Shown: positions 54,436 through 63,617 of the stretch, piece after piece
Position numbering within the stretch: position 1 is the first letter of the stretch
How the letters are laid out: every line of letters starts with the position of its first letter
Origin: Phycisphaerales bacterium
Lineage (GTDB): Bacteria > Planctomycetota > Phycisphaerae > Tepidisphaerales > Tepidisphaeraceae
DNA length: 64,000 bases
Reading direction: 5' to 3'
Assembly (NCBI GenBank): GCA_020853095.1
Contig: JADYZN010000043.1
Location: 34,662-98,661 of the forward strand
Notes under the pieces: model-generated
What the model was told of the DNA's origin: nothing
Seen by the model: only the letters and a program-made list of their open reading frames with translations
The model's database searches: none
Translations under genes and position numbers: made by a program

Positions 54436-55404
54436 ATGGCCAAAACGATCGTGGTAACCGGAGCGGCGGGATTTATCGGGCGCAACGTCGCGGCCGCATT
54501 GAATGACCGCGGCGTCGATGATTTGATCCTGGTGGACCGGCTGGGGACCGACGAAAAATGGAAAAATCTCATCGGCCTGCGGTATGAGGACCTGCTGGAT
54601 CCGGATCAATATCTGCAACGCCTGCGGGATGGGCGGGCGCCCGACACGGCCGGGGTGATTCATCTGGGGGCGTGCAGCGCCACCACCGAGCGGGATGCGG
54701 ATTTTCTTCTGCGGAACAATTACCAGTACACTCGCGAATTGTGCGAATGGTCGTTGAGAAACGGCGCCCGGTTCATCTATGCCTCCAGCGCCGCGACGTA
54801 CGGGGATGGTCGTCACGGCTACAGTGATGAGGATTCAAACACCCGGCAACTGCGGCCGTTGAACATGTACGGGTATTCCAAGCACATGTTTGATCTGTGG
54901 GCGATGAAAAACGCCCTGTTCGATCGGATCGTGGGGTTGAAATATTTCAACGTCTACGGGCCGTACGAAGACCACAAGGGGGACATGCGATCGGTGGTGC
55001 ACAAGTCGTTCGGGCAGATCGTGCGCGAAGGCGAGGTGCAACTGTTCAAGTCCTATCGCCCCGACTATGCGGATGGGGAGCAGAAACGGGATTTTATTTA
55101 CGTCAAGGATGCCGTGAACGTCACGCTGCATTTTCTGGACCATCGCGCCGAGGGTGGGTTGTTCAACTGTGGCACGGGGGAGGCCCGCACGTGGAAGGAC
55201 CTTGCCTCGGCGGTGTTCGCGGCCATGGGCCGGCCGGTCAACATCCGCATGATCGAGATGCCCGAATCGTTGCGTGAAAAATACCAGTATTTCACGCAGT
55301 CGGACGTGCGAAAGCTGCGCCAGGCGGGGTATGAAGCGCCGTTTACATCCCTTGAACAGGGCGTGGCGGATTACGTGAAAAATTATCTCCAGCCGGGCGT
55401 TTGA
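54436..55404 (+). CDS. hldD: ADP-L-glycero-D-manno-heptose 6-epimerase
   Basis: IVVTGAAGFIGRNVAAALNDRGVDDLILVD, NNYQYTRELCEW, FIYASSAATYG, LNMYGYSK, GLKYFNVYGP and KRDFIYVKD are collinear with E. coli HldD/RfaD. Confidence 0.93.
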   Translation: MAKTIVVTGAAGFIGRNVAAALNDRGVDDLILVDRLGTDEKWKNLIGLRYEDLLDPDQYLQRLRDGRAPDTAGVIHLGACSATTERDADFLLRNNYQYTRELCEWSLRNGARFIYASSAATYGDGRHGYSDEDSNTRQLRPLNMYGYSKHMFDLWAMKNALFDRIVGLKYFNVYGPYEDHKGDMRSVVHKSFGQIVREGEVQLFKSYRPDYADGEQKRDFIYVKDAVNVTLHFLDHRAEGGLFNCGTGEARTWKDLASAVFAAMGRPVNIRMIEMPESLREKYQYFTQSDVRKLRQAGYEAPFTSLEQGVADYVKNYLQPGV

Positions 55405-55411
55405 TGGGTCA

Positions 55412-56065
55412 TCAGGAGCCGGAGGGCGGTTTGACGTGCGCCAAATCGGGGGCGGTGGATTGGGCGCCGGCCTTGCGGAGGGTCTGGTCGTCGAAACTGG
55501 TCGTCAGGCCCAGAGTTCGACAACCGGCGGCGACGGCGGCCTGAAGCCCGTTGACGGCATCCTCGATCACCATGCAATCGGCCGGTGCAAGCCCCAGCCG
55601 TTCGGCCGCCAGCAGAAAAATATCCGGGTGCGGTTTTTTACGGGCGATTTCAGAGCCGGTTACCACGGCGTCAAATTCGGATGCGGGCAATTCAATCTGC
55701 CGAAGGTTGCCTTCGAGTTTGGGGCGGTCGGCACTGGTGGCGACCGCCAGACGCAGGCCGTTGGTTTTCGCAGCGGATACAAATTCACGCACACCGGGCA
55801 GTGGATGCAGCCGGCCTTTGATGATCTGCAAATAAATGTCGTACGTTCGTGTCTTGTCGGCCGGCATGTTCAGTTTGACGCCGTATTTTTCGGCCACGCC
55901 ACCGAGGTAGCGATCCTCTCCCGCGCCGACAAAGGGAAGAAAATCGGCCGGCAGAACCTTCTGGCCGTGTACATCCATGAACATCCGGCAGGCGGCTTCA
56001 CAGATAAACGGTTCGGAGTCGCATAAGACCCCATCCATGTCGAAAATGATTCCGCGTAATGGCAT
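55412..56065 (-). CDS. HAD-superfamily hydrolase (beta-phosphoglucomutase-like subfamily IA)
   Basis: ORF track 274 aa, trimmed to ATG 56065. IIFDMDGVLCDSE (DxDG motif I), ATSA (motif II), IEDAVNG (motif IV). Confidence 0.85.
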   Translation of the reverse strand: MPLRGIIFDMDGVLCDSEPFICEAACRMFMDVHGQKVLPADFLPFVGAGEDRYLGGVAEKYGVKLNMPADKTRTYDIYLQIIKGRLHPLPGVREFVSAAKTNGLRLAVATSADRPKLEGNLRQIELPASEFDAVVTGSEIARKKPHPDIFLLAAERLGLAPADCMVIEDAVNGLQAAVAAGCRTLGLTTSFDDQTLRKAGAQSTAPDLAHVKPPSGS

Positions 56066-56113
56066 GAGGGAACAGTATATCCGGCGCGGGTTGGCTGCAA
56101 AGATGAAATGGTC

Positions 56114-56182
56114 TGGAGGGCGTCGCTCCGCGACGCCGGGGTTTCGCCGGCCGAATCCGGCGGCGGAGACCGCCGCCCTCCA
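56114..56182 (-). repeat. 69-nt palindromic element, copy B (inverted relative to copy A)
   Basis: TGGAGGGCG (56114-56122) / CGCCCTCCA (56174-56182) are perfect 9-bp terminal inverted repeats. Hairpins GGCGTCGC-tcc-GCGACGCC (56119-56137) and GGCGGCGG-aga-CCGCCGCC (56159-56177). Confidence 0.8.
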
Positions 56183-56325
56183 TGGGTTTTTGTGCGGCGT
56201 CGGAACGGATTGGCGGGCCAAAGGCCCACCCGACATGTTTGGTCTGGCAAACTTGGGATAACGCGTTGTCCACCATGAATACTCTGACTCGCGGCGGGGG
56301 GGGCTTCGGTTTATAATGCCGCGCG

Positions 56326-56589
56326 ATGGCCCGCAAGAATCAAACGCCGCCGAAGAATTTTGAAGAGGCTCAGACCGAGCTGGAGCAGATCGTCACCGAG
56401 ATCGAGAACAGCCAGATCGGCCTGGAGGAGAGCCTGCAAAAATACGAACGGGGCACGTTTTTGATCCAGTATTGCCAGAACGTGCTCAAAAAAGCCGAGC
56501 AGCAGATCGAGCTGCTTTCCAAATCTCCCGAAGGCGACCTGCAATCCGAAGCGATGCCTGATGAATCGGTCGAGTCGTCCGGAGCATAA
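56326..56589 (+). CDS. xseB: Exodeoxyribonuclease VII small subunit
   Basis: 87 aa. FEEAQTELEQIVTEIENSQIGLEESLQKYERGTFLIQYCQNVLKKAEQQIE is the canonical XseB helix-hairpin. Confidence 0.9.
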   Translation: MARKNQTPPKNFEEAQTELEQIVTEIENSQIGLEESLQKYERGTFLIQYCQNVLKKAEQQIELLSKSPEGDLQSEAMPDESVESSGA

Positions 56590-56617
56590 GACCATTTTCC
56601 AAACGAGGTTAAACCCA

Positions 56618-57523
56618 GTGTCCCAGGCAACCCCATCCCGTGACGCACTTGGCATCCTGCAAAAAGACAGCCAACGGCTGGTTGACTATTTCAAGCAGAT
56701 CCTGTCGCGATATGCGGATGCGCCGGCCCGGCTGATGGAGTCGATCGAATACAGCCTGATGGCCGGAGGCAAGCGATTGCGGCCGGCGCTGGTGCTGGAA
56801 TGCTGTCGGGCGTGCGGCGGAGATGGTCAATCCCAGACATCGGCGCTGGCTTCGGCGGCGGCGATGGAGTTGATCCATACTTTTTCGCTGGTGCATGATG
56901 ATCTGCCCGCGATGGACAACGACGACCTGCGTCGCGGCCGGCCGACCAATCACAAGGTATTTGGCGATGCCATGGCGATTCTGGCGGGGGATGCCATGAC
57001 GACGATGGCGTTTCAAATCCTGGCCACGGATGCGGCGGCCCATGTCGTCGGCGCGCTGGTTCAGGAGTTGGCATCGGCCAGCGGCCCGGAGGGGATGATC
57101 GGCGGGCAGGTGTTGGACATGGAGGGGGAAAACGTTTCGCTTTCGCTCGAACAGCTACAACGTTTGCATCGCATGAAGACCGGAGCGTTGCTCAAGGCGT
57201 CGTGCCGGATGGGGGCATTGGCGGCCGGGGCGACGGCGGCGCAACTGGCCGCCGTCTCCGATTATGGCCGACACCTGGGATTGGCGTTTCAGATCGTTGA
57301 CGATGTGCTGGACGTGACCTCCACGCCGCAGCAGATGGGCAAGGCCACCGGCAAAGACGCCGCCAAGGGGAAAAACACCTACCCCGTTCTGATGGGCCTG
57401 GATCCCAGCCGGCGTGAAGCGGCCGTCCAGTTGCAGGCCGGCATCCAGTCGCTGGCGTCATTTGGCGCTTCGGCCGATGGATTGCGAGCGCTGGCGCGGT
57501 TCGTGGTCGAACGCGAAAATTGA
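56618..57523 (+). CDS. ispA: Polyprenyl synthetase (farnesyl/geranylgeranyl diphosphate synthase)
   Basis: GGKRLRP, first DDxxD block LVHDDLPAMDNDDLRRGRPTNH, second block FQIVDDVLD. Start is GTG 56618 (GAGG upstream) or ATG 56561, which would overlap xseB by 29 nt. xseB-ispA is a conserved pairing. Confidence 0.88.
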   Translation: MSQATPSRDALGILQKDSQRLVDYFKQILSRYADAPARLMESIEYSLMAGGKRLRPALVLECCRACGGDGQSQTSALASAAAMELIHTFSLVHDDLPAMDNDDLRRGRPTNHKVFGDAMAILAGDAMTTMAFQILATDAAAHVVGALVQELASASGPEGMIGGQVLDMEGENVSLSLEQLQRLHRMKTGALLKASCRMGALAAGATAAQLAAVSDYGRHLGLAFQIVDDVLDVTSTPQQMGKATGKDAAKGKNTYPVLMGLDPSRREAAVQLQAGIQSLASFGASADGLRALARFVVEREN

Positions 57524-57524
57524 T

Positions 57525-58304
57525 TCACAACCTCCCCTGCGATTTGACGTACGCCGCCGGGGCGATGCCCAGGGCGCGTTTGAAAGCGCGCGTGAAGGAG
57601 TGAACCGTGGCATAGCCGCAGCCGCGGGCGATGGATTTGATGGATTGACCATCGCGGTTCAGCCGGTCGGCGGCGTCGCGGATGCGGGATTCAAGCAGAA
57701 ATCGCCGGGGTGTCTGGTTGAAGGAGCGGATAAAGAGTTTGGTGAAATGTCCTTCGGACAGGCCGCTTCGATCGGCCAGTTGTTGCACGGTCCAGCCGGC
57801 GTGGGGGTTGGAGATCACATCGCCGAGCAGGTACCACAATTCAGGAGAATCCGCCGGCGTCGAAGAGGATGCGGATGGCGGAGTCTGATGCAGCAGATGG
57901 GTCAGGCCCAGGGTCGCCAGGGCGAGGATATCATGAATCGCCAGCGGATGGTCGGCCTTGGGCACATGATGGATGATGCGGGCCAGATCAATCGTTTGGC
58001 GGGGCAATCGGACCACCCGCGGCCGCCCGCCGGGCAGGGTGGTGTATCGTGGATGGAGTTGCAATTTGAAACTGGCATGGTGGACATGAGTGGTGATTTC
58101 AAACCCGTGTCGACACAGGGGCGGGATCATCAGCCCATCCCCCGGTTTGAGGATGATCCGCTCATTGGGCGTCAATAGCACCAGCCGCCCGCCAAGGATC
58201 AGGTCCATCTGACAAAAGTGGTGGAGGTGCTGGGGGACCAGGATCGGCCCGCGCTGGCGGGCGACGTGGTATTCGATCAGTTCCCGCACCAGCGGAGTCG
58301 CCAT
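57525..58304 (-). CDS. AraC-family transcriptional regulator (cupin sensor + HTH)
   Basis: WTVQQLADRSGLSEGHFTKLFIRSFNQTPRRFLLESRIRDAADRL...GYATVHSFTRAFKRALGIAPAAYV. Confidence 0.88.
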   Translation of the reverse strand: MATPLVRELIEYHVARQRGPILVPQHLHHFCQMDLILGGRLVLLTPNERIILKPGDGLMIPPLCRHGFEITTHVHHASFKLQLHPRYTTLPGGRPRVVRLPRQTIDLARIIHHVPKADHPLAIHDILALATLGLTHLLHQTPPSASSSTPADSPELWYLLGDVISNPHAGWTVQQLADRSGLSEGHFTKLFIRSFNQTPRRFLLESRIRDAADRLNRDGQSIKSIARGCGYATVHSFTRAFKRALGIAPAAYVKSQGRL

Positions 58305-58424
58305 GGGGTCATCCTGTCAGGTTGAAAAGACGGATTCGGATCAAAAGCGGCCGGATTGTAGCAAAGACATCTTCCGCCCGCGCGGCGATGATGATTGCAT
58401 CGTCTTACTTTACGGGAGATTGTT

Positions 58425-59297
58425 ATGGTTCAGGTTGGCGTATCGCGGCATTTACAACAGTTTGAGGAACAGGGGTATGTCATCCTGCGGGAGGTGGTGG
58501 ATCGACGGACAGTTGACGCGGTACGGCGGGAATTGGCGGCCATCGTTGACCAGATCGCGCTGGGATTACGGGCGATGGACCACGTTCAGGAATTGTACGA
58601 GGCCGAACCATTTGAGACCCGGCTGATCAAACTGTTTGGCTTTGCGCCGCAGTTGTCCCCCTCGCAGTTGCGCACCAATCTGCATCGGGCGGGGTTGTTC
58701 GGACTGTTTTTTCATCCGCGCGTGCTGGATCTGGCCGAGGCGATCCTGGGGCCGGAGATTCGGCTTTATCCCAATTACACCGTTCGTCCCAAGCTGCCGG
58801 AGGATGAAAAGACGCTGGTGTTGTGGCATCAGGATGCGGGATACACCGCAGCCGACTGGTCGGGAAAAGACCATGCCGCCATGAAACAACTCAGCCCGGC
58901 CGATCTGCGGATGGTCAACGTCTGGTCGCCGTTGGTTCCGGCGACGGTGGAAAACGGTTGCATGCAATTCATCCCCGGCACGCACAAACTGGGCGTGGTA
59001 CCGCACGTTGAGCGGAAACATTACCTTGAAATCGCCGAATCGGAGTTGAAACCACGCCTGAAGGATGCGGTGGACATCGAATTGAATCCGGGGGATGTGG
59101 TGCTGTTCAACAACCTGCTGTTTCATAGCGGCCGGCCCAACCGCAGCGGGATGATCCGTTGGAGCTGCGACTGGCGATACCAGGATGCCACCCAGCCGAC
59201 CCTGCGAACGCACCAGGGGCATCTGGCCCGAAGCATCGCCCATCCACAGCGGGTAGTGCGTGATTCAGCGCAATGGGCCGCATTGACGTTTTCGTAA
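58425..59297 (+). CDS. Phytanoyl-CoA dioxygenase (PhyH) family Fe(II)/2-oxoglutarate oxygenase
   Basis: GGGAG lies 6 nt upstream of ATG 58425 (the ORF track starts at TTG 58395). FEEQGYVILREVV, VLWHQDAGY (HxD), MQFIPGTHKLG. Confidence 0.85.
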   Translation: MVQVGVSRHLQQFEEQGYVILREVVDRRTVDAVRRELAAIVDQIALGLRAMDHVQELYEAEPFETRLIKLFGFAPQLSPSQLRTNLHRAGLFGLFFHPRVLDLAEAILGPEIRLYPNYTVRPKLPEDEKTLVLWHQDAGYTAADWSGKDHAAMKQLSPADLRMVNVWSPLVPATVENGCMQFIPGTHKLGVVPHVERKHYLEIAESELKPRLKDAVDIELNPGDVVLFNNLLFHSGRPNRSGMIRWSCDWRYQDATQPTLRTHQGHLARSIAHPQRVVRDSAQWAALTFS

Positions 59298-59399
59298 GCG
59301 CCAGGTCGCCATTGCGGGGTGACAAATCCCGCCGGCGCTTTTACAGTGTCGGCCCTTGGGATTGACTCTCGGAATAAAGGAGCCGGCCGCTTGCGAGTG

Positions 59400-60983
59400 C
59401 GACTTCAATCAATCGGCAAATGGTTTGGATGGGCGTTCGTGGCGACGTTGTTGCTGGCGTTGCCGGTGGTGGCGAACGCGGCGACGGCCGATGCGGCCCA
59501 ATCAACGGCCGGCGTTTCATCGGACATCAGCCTGCTCTGGTCGATTCCCTTCGCATGTCTGCTGGCGTGCATCGCACTGATGCCGTTTATCGCCAAGCAC
59601 TGGTGGGAACACCATTATCCCAAGGTGGCGATCGCGCTGGCGATCATCCCGGCGGCCTATTACTGGCTGATCGTGCGCGACCCGTGGCCCTGGCTGCATG
59701 AGATGCAGGAATACGTCAGTTTCATCCTGCTGCTGGGTGCACTGTACATCGTCAGCGGGGGGATCGTGATCCAGGTTGGCCGCAAGGCCACGCCGCTGGC
59801 CAATTGCGTCTTGTTGCTGATCGGGGCGGTCATCGCCAACGTTTTCGGCACCACCGGCGCGGCGATGTTGTTGATCCGCCCGTATCTGCGGATGAATCGC
59901 GGCCACATCAAGCCGTATCACATCGTCTTTTTCATCTTCATCGTGGCCAACGTCGGCGGGGCGGTGACGCCGATCGGCGATCCGCCGTTGTTCCTGGGTT
60001 ATCTGTATGGTGTGCCGTTCTGGTGGGTGCTGGAGCATTGCCTGTGGATATGGATTTTCGCGGTGGCGGTCCTGCTGGCGGTGTTTTTCATCATCGACAC
60101 GCTGGACCATGGCAAAGCCGCACGCCATCATCCCGGCGACCCCGGTCCGGCGGTTCGGATCACCGGCATACAGAATTTTCTGTTTGTCGGGCTGATTATT
60201 TTCGGCGTTTTTCAGAATGGCATTTTCGACGTCATCCATCGCATCCACGACGATGGGTGGAGTTTGGCGTTGACGGGGAAACTGGTATTCAGCCGTGAAA
60301 TCCTGATGGCGCTGGCGGCGGTGGGCTCACGGTTTTTCACGGCCGCGAAAATTTATCTCCACAACGAATTCAATTACGGCCCGATCCGCGAGGTGGCGAT
60401 CTTGTTCGTCGGGATTTTTTCCACGATGGTGCCGGCGCTGCAATGGCTTGGCGTTCATGCCAACCAGATGCCGCTGAAGACGCCGGGGCAGTATTATTTT
60501 CTGTCCGGGTCGTTGTCGTCGGTGCTGGACAATGCGCCGACCTACCTGACGTTTCTTCAGGTTAAACTGTCGCAAATTGACCGTCAGCAGGTTCAATTGG
60601 CCCGGCAGGAATTGACCGACATGGCGTCGCGGCAATCGACCCAAATCCGCGACGACCTGCCGCTGGACGTGCGTAGCGCGCTGTCGGCGATGGTGCGATA
60701 TCACCCGCAGGATGTGTTGAAAAACAACGTCAGTTTGAACGAGCTTCAGATCGGGTTTTTGATCGGCGATGAACGGCTGAATCTGTTTCTGGTGGCGGTG
60801 TCGATGGGGGCGGTCTTTTTCGGGGCCTGCACCTACATCGGCAATGGGCCGAACTTCATGGTCAAGTCCATCGCCGACTCGGCCGGCATTCAGACGCCTG
60901 GATTTGTCCGCTATGTCCTGGTTTACACGCTGCCGATCCTGATCCCACTATATGTTGCGGTGTGGCTGATATTCTTCCTATAA
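59400..60983 (+). CDS. ArsB/NhaD-superfamily (citrate-transporter-like) permease
   Basis: Polytopic membrane protein with FIVANVGGAVTPIGDPPLFLGY. The ORF track starts at GTG 59319. TTG 59400 is preceded by AAGGAG (8-nt spacing) and gives a signal-like N-terminus. Confidence 0.75.
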   Translation, partial: RLQSIGKWFGWAFVATLLLALPVVANAATADAAQSTAGVSSDISLLWSIPFACLLACIALMPFIAKHWWEHHYPKVAIALAIIPAAYYWLIVRDPWPWLHEMQEYVSFILLLGALYIVSGGIVIQVGRKATPLANCVLLLIGAVIANVFGTTGAAMLLIRPYLRMNRGHIKPYHIVFFIFIVANVGGAVTPIGDPPLFLGYLYGVPFWWVLEHCLWIWIFAVAVLLAVFFIIDTLDHGKAARHHPGDPGPAVRITGIQNFLFVGLIIFGVFQNGIFDVIHRIHDDGWSLALTGKLVFSREILMALAAVGSRFFTAAKIYLHNEFNYGPIREVAILFVGIFSTMVPALQWLGVHANQMPLKTPGQYYFLSGSLSSVLDNAPTYLTFLQVKLSQIDRQQVQLARQELTDMASRQSTQIRDDLPLDVRSALSAMVRYHPQDVLKNNVSLNELQIGFLIGDERLNLFLVAVSMGAVFFGACTYIGNGPNFMVKSIADSAGIQTPGFVRYVLVYTLPILIPLYVAVWLIFFL

Positions 60984-61010
60984 GTTGGGCTGATGGCGTA
61001 AAACCGCGCA

Positions 61011-61050
61011 CAAAAAAACAGCGGCCTGGGGGAGGGCATCCCTGGCCGCT
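61011..61050 (-). terminator. Intrinsic terminator oriented for minus-strand transcription
   Basis: Minus strand reads CAGCGGCCAGGG-atgccctcc-CCCAGGCCGCTG (8 + 3 bp with one A-A mismatch), followed directly by TTTTTTT (plus-strand A7 at 61011-61017). There is no U-tract on the plus strand. Confidence 0.6.
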
Positions 61051-61178
61051 GTCGGAGGGGAGAGTGAGATACGTTATGATTTCAAAATCAGCTTTTCAAT
61101 CAGCTTAATGTACTATTAAGGTACACAGCATAAATCGTACCCAAGCGGAGAAAAAGATAAACCTTTTCTTTTTTCCGC
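61011..61178 (-). ncRNA. Candidate small RNA (about 170 nt) defined by an orphan promoter and terminator
   Basis: AT-rich island. Promoter at 61212-61185 and terminator at 61050-61011 on the same strand. No SD-preceded ORF; the longest ATG ORF is 8 codons. Predicted hairpins, a tandem AAGCUGAUU 9-mer and a CU-rich CUCACUCUCCCCUCC tract. Not matched to any known RNA family by eye. Confidence 0.4.
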
Positions 61179-61184
61179 ACTTCT

Positions 61185-61212
61185 ATTTTATCATAGGTGC
61201 TTATCCTGTCAA
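61185..61212 (-). promoter_or_regulatory. Near-consensus extended -10 sigma-70 promoter (minus strand)
   Basis: Reverse complement of 61185-61213 is CTTGACAGGATAAGCACCTATGATAAAAT: TTGACA, a 16-nt spacer ending in TGA (TGn), then TAAAAT. Confidence 0.55.
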
Positions 61213-61287
61213 GAGTTTTGATTATATTCAACAAGCGAAAAAAGGCGGTGGTCTTTTGAAGGGTCGGTCGATGGCGGGGCGACAAAA

Positions 61288-61302
61288 TTGCCAGAGTGGC
61301 AA
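61288..61302. promoter_or_regulatory. Perfect inverted repeat, possible activator/operator site upstream of dnaK
   Basis: TTGCCA-gag-TGGCAA, about 130 bp upstream of the sigma-54-like motif and about 75 bp upstream of the minus-strand sRNA promoter. Confidence 0.3.
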
Positions 61303-61416
61303 GCCTCAAAGCCCTGGCTGTCGAATTGGCAGTCGCGAGGATTCGTCGTATGGGCAGGGGTTGTCGTAAATCACGCTATGGCCAAGAGATAGGGATTGAC
61401 AATAAATGGTAACGGA

Positions 61417-61432
61417 TGGCACATGTTTTGCG
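61417..61432 (+). promoter_or_regulatory. Sigma-54-type -24/-12 promoter motif upstream of dnaK
   Basis: TGGCAC (61417-61422) - atgtt - TTGC (61428-61431), with GG and GC separated by exactly 10 nt as in the TGGCAC-N5-TTGC consensus. It ends about 80 nt upstream of the dnaK ATG. I found no convincing sigma-70 -10 box or CIRCE element in this region. Confidence 0.35.
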
Positions 61433-61510
61433 TAAGGTGCTAGGCTGGCTTGGGCTGAACTTTGGCTCAGGCAAGCGAGTTTTTTTCATAAGATCAGTAA
61501 GGAGCTAGAC

Positions 61511-63448
61511 ATGGCAAAAATCATCGGAATCGACCTTGGAACGACCAACAGCGTCGTGGCGGTTATGGAAGGGGATCAGCCCAAGGTGCTGATCAACTCA
61601 TCGGGTAGCCGTCTGACGCCTTCGGTGGTGGCTTTCACGGAAAAGGGCGAACGGCTGGTCGGCCAGACGGCCAAGCACCAGCAGGTGACCAACCCCAAGA
61701 ATACGGTCTTCTCCATCAAGCGATTCATGGGCCGACGCCATTCGGAAGTCGCCCAGGAAGAGAAGATGGTTCCCTATGAAGTGATTGGCGGCGCCGATGA
61801 GTACGTCAAGGTGAAGGCTCGCGGCAAGGAATACACGCCCGAACAGGTGTCGGCGTTCATCCTGCAAGATCTGAAAAAGACGGCCGAGGATTACCTGGGC
61901 GAAAAAGTGACCGATGCGGTGATCACCGTGCCGGCGTATTTCAACGATGCCCAGCGCAAGGCGACCAAGGACGCCGGCGAAATCGCGGGGTTGAAGGTGC
62001 TGCGCGTGCTGCCCGAACCGACGGCTGCAGCGCTGGCGTATGGGCTGGACCGGAAAAAGAACGAAAAAATCTGCGTCTTCGACCTTGGCGGCGGCACGTT
62101 CGACGTGTCGGTCCTGGACGTTGGCGAAGGCGTGTTTGAGGTGTTGTCGATCAACGGCGACACGCACCTGGGCGGAGACGACTTTGACGAGGAGTTGATC
62201 AATTTCCTGGCGGAGGAATTCCGCAAGCAGGAAGGGATCGACCTGCGCAAGGATCCGATGGCGTTGCAACGGCTCAAGGAAGCCGCGGAAAAATCCAAGA
62301 TCGAGCTTTCCAGCGCGATGGAATCGACGGTGAACCTGCCGTTCATCACGGCCGACCAGAACGGGCCGAAGCATCTTCAGATGACGCTCACGCGGGCGAA
62401 GTTTGAACAGTTGATCGGGCCGCTGGTGGAGAAATGCCGCAAGCCGCTGCAACAGGCGATGAAAGACGCCAAGCTGGATCCGGGCCAGATCAACGAAGTG
62501 GTGCTGGTGGGCGGTTCAACCCGCGTGCCGATGGTGCAGAAGCTGGTGAAGGATCTGTTTGGCGGCAAAGAGCCCAACAAGAGCGTCAACCCCGACGAGG
62601 TGGTGGCGATCGGCGCGGCCATTCAGGGCGCGATCGCGACCGGCGACGTGAAGGACATCCTGGTGCTGGACGCGACGCCGCTGAGCCTTGGCGTCGAGAC
62701 GCTGGGAGGCGTGATGACCGTGCTGATCGCGCGGAACACGACGATTCCGACCAGCAAGAAGGAGGTTTTCTCGACCGCCGCCGACAACCAGAGCGCGGTG
62801 ACCATCAACGTGTTGCAGGGCGAGCGCGAATTCGCCCGCGACAACCGTCTGCTGGGCACGTTCAACCTGGAAGGCATCCCCTCATCGCCGCGCGGCGTGC
62901 CGCAGATCGAGGTGGCGTTCAACGTTGACGTGAACGGCATCCTGATGGTCTCGGCCAAGGATCTGGGCACGGGCAAGGAGAACAAGATCACCGTGCAGAA
63001 CGCCGGCGGGTTGAACAAGGATGAGATCGAGAAGATGAAGCAGGATGCCGAGCAGCATGCCGCCGAGGACAAGAAGCGCCGCGAGGTGATCGACCTGAAA
63101 AACCGCGGCGAACAACTGGCGTACGAGACCGAGAAAACCCTGCGCGAGCATGGCGACAAGGTGTCGGGCGACATTCGCGGCAACATCGAAAGCGCGCTGA
63201 ACAACCTGAAGGAAGCGCTCAAGAGCGACGATGGCGACCGCATTCGCAAGGCATCGGAAAACCTGGTGCAGTCATCGCACAAGCTGGGCGAAGAGGTTTA
63301 CAAGGCCGCGGGGAACGCGGGCCAGGCCGCCGGCACGCCACCTCCGGGCGGTCGAACCGCCGAAGCCGCCGGTGAAGGCGGTGGCGACGGCGCCAAGAAG
63401 GATGAAGACGTGATCGACGCCGAATTCGAGGTCAAGGACCAGAAGTGA
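61511..63448 (+). CDS. dnaK: Molecular chaperone DnaK (Hsp70)
   Basis: 645 aa. [49 protein letters not shown] lies upstream of ATG 61511. Confidence 0.97.
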   Translation: MAKIIGIDLGTTNSVVAVMEGDQPKVLINSSGSRLTPSVVAFTEKGERLVGQTAKHQQVTNPKNTVFSIKRFMGRRHSEVAQEEKMVPYEVIGGADEYVKVKARGKEYTPEQVSAFILQDLKKTAEDYLGEKVTDAVITVPAYFNDAQRKATKDAGEIAGLKVLRVLPEPTAAALAYGLDRKKNEKICVFDLGGGTFDVSVLDVGEGVFEVLSINGDTHLGGDDFDEELINFLAEEFRKQEGIDLRKDPMALQRLKEAAEKSKIELSSAMESTVNLPFITADQNGPKHLQMTLTRAKFEQLIGPLVEKCRKPLQQAMKDAKLDPGQINEVVLVGGSTRVPMVQKLVKDLFGGKEPNKSVNPDEVVAIGAAIQGAIATGDVKDILVLDATPLSLGVETLGGVMTVLIARNTTIPTSKKEVFSTAADNQSAVTINVLQGEREFARDNRLLGTFNLEGIPSSPRGVPQIEVAFNVDVNGILMVSAKDLGTGKENKITVQNAGGLNKDEIEKMKQDAEQHAAEDKKRREVIDLKNRGEQLAYETEKTLREHGDKVSGDIRGNIESALNNLKEALKSDDGDRIRKASENLVQSSHKLGEEVYKAAGNAGQAAGTPPPGGRTAEAAGEGGGDGAKKDEDVIDAEFEVKDQK

Positions 63449-63471
63449 CGGCGGATGATCCGATGGATCGC

Positions 63472-63522
63472 GGCGGGCGGGAATTCGGAGTATTGTATTC
63501 CGGTTCCCGCCCGCCGATTTTT
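63472..63522 (+). terminator. Intrinsic terminator of dnaK
   Basis: GGCGGGCGGGAA (63472-63483) pairs perfectly with TTCCCGCCCGCC (63504-63515). Inner CGGA/TCCG pairing. Followed by gaTTTTT. Confidence 0.75.
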
Positions 63523-63617
63523 GCAAGGCTGGCCGGGCCACAGGACAGAGGAATCCCTTGAGCGGATTTCAGGAATCATTGAAATTGCAGCAGACGCCCC
63601 GCATGAAGGAGGCGACG

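Noticed and set aside
61100-61309. 69-aa minus-strand ORF in the AT-rich island
   Set aside because: It starts upstream of the strong minus-strand promoter, has no Shine-Dalgarno and has an odd composition. The region is better explained as a non-coding transcript.
61310-61510. Search for a CIRCE/HrcA operator or sigma-32 promoter upstream of dnaK
   Set aside because: No TTAGCACTC-N9-GAGTGCTAA-like inverted repeat or CTTGAA...CCCCAT pattern was found by eye. There is only a small 5'-UTR hairpin (GCTTG..CTGA / TCAG..CAAGC at about 61447-61477), which I do not consider diagnostic.
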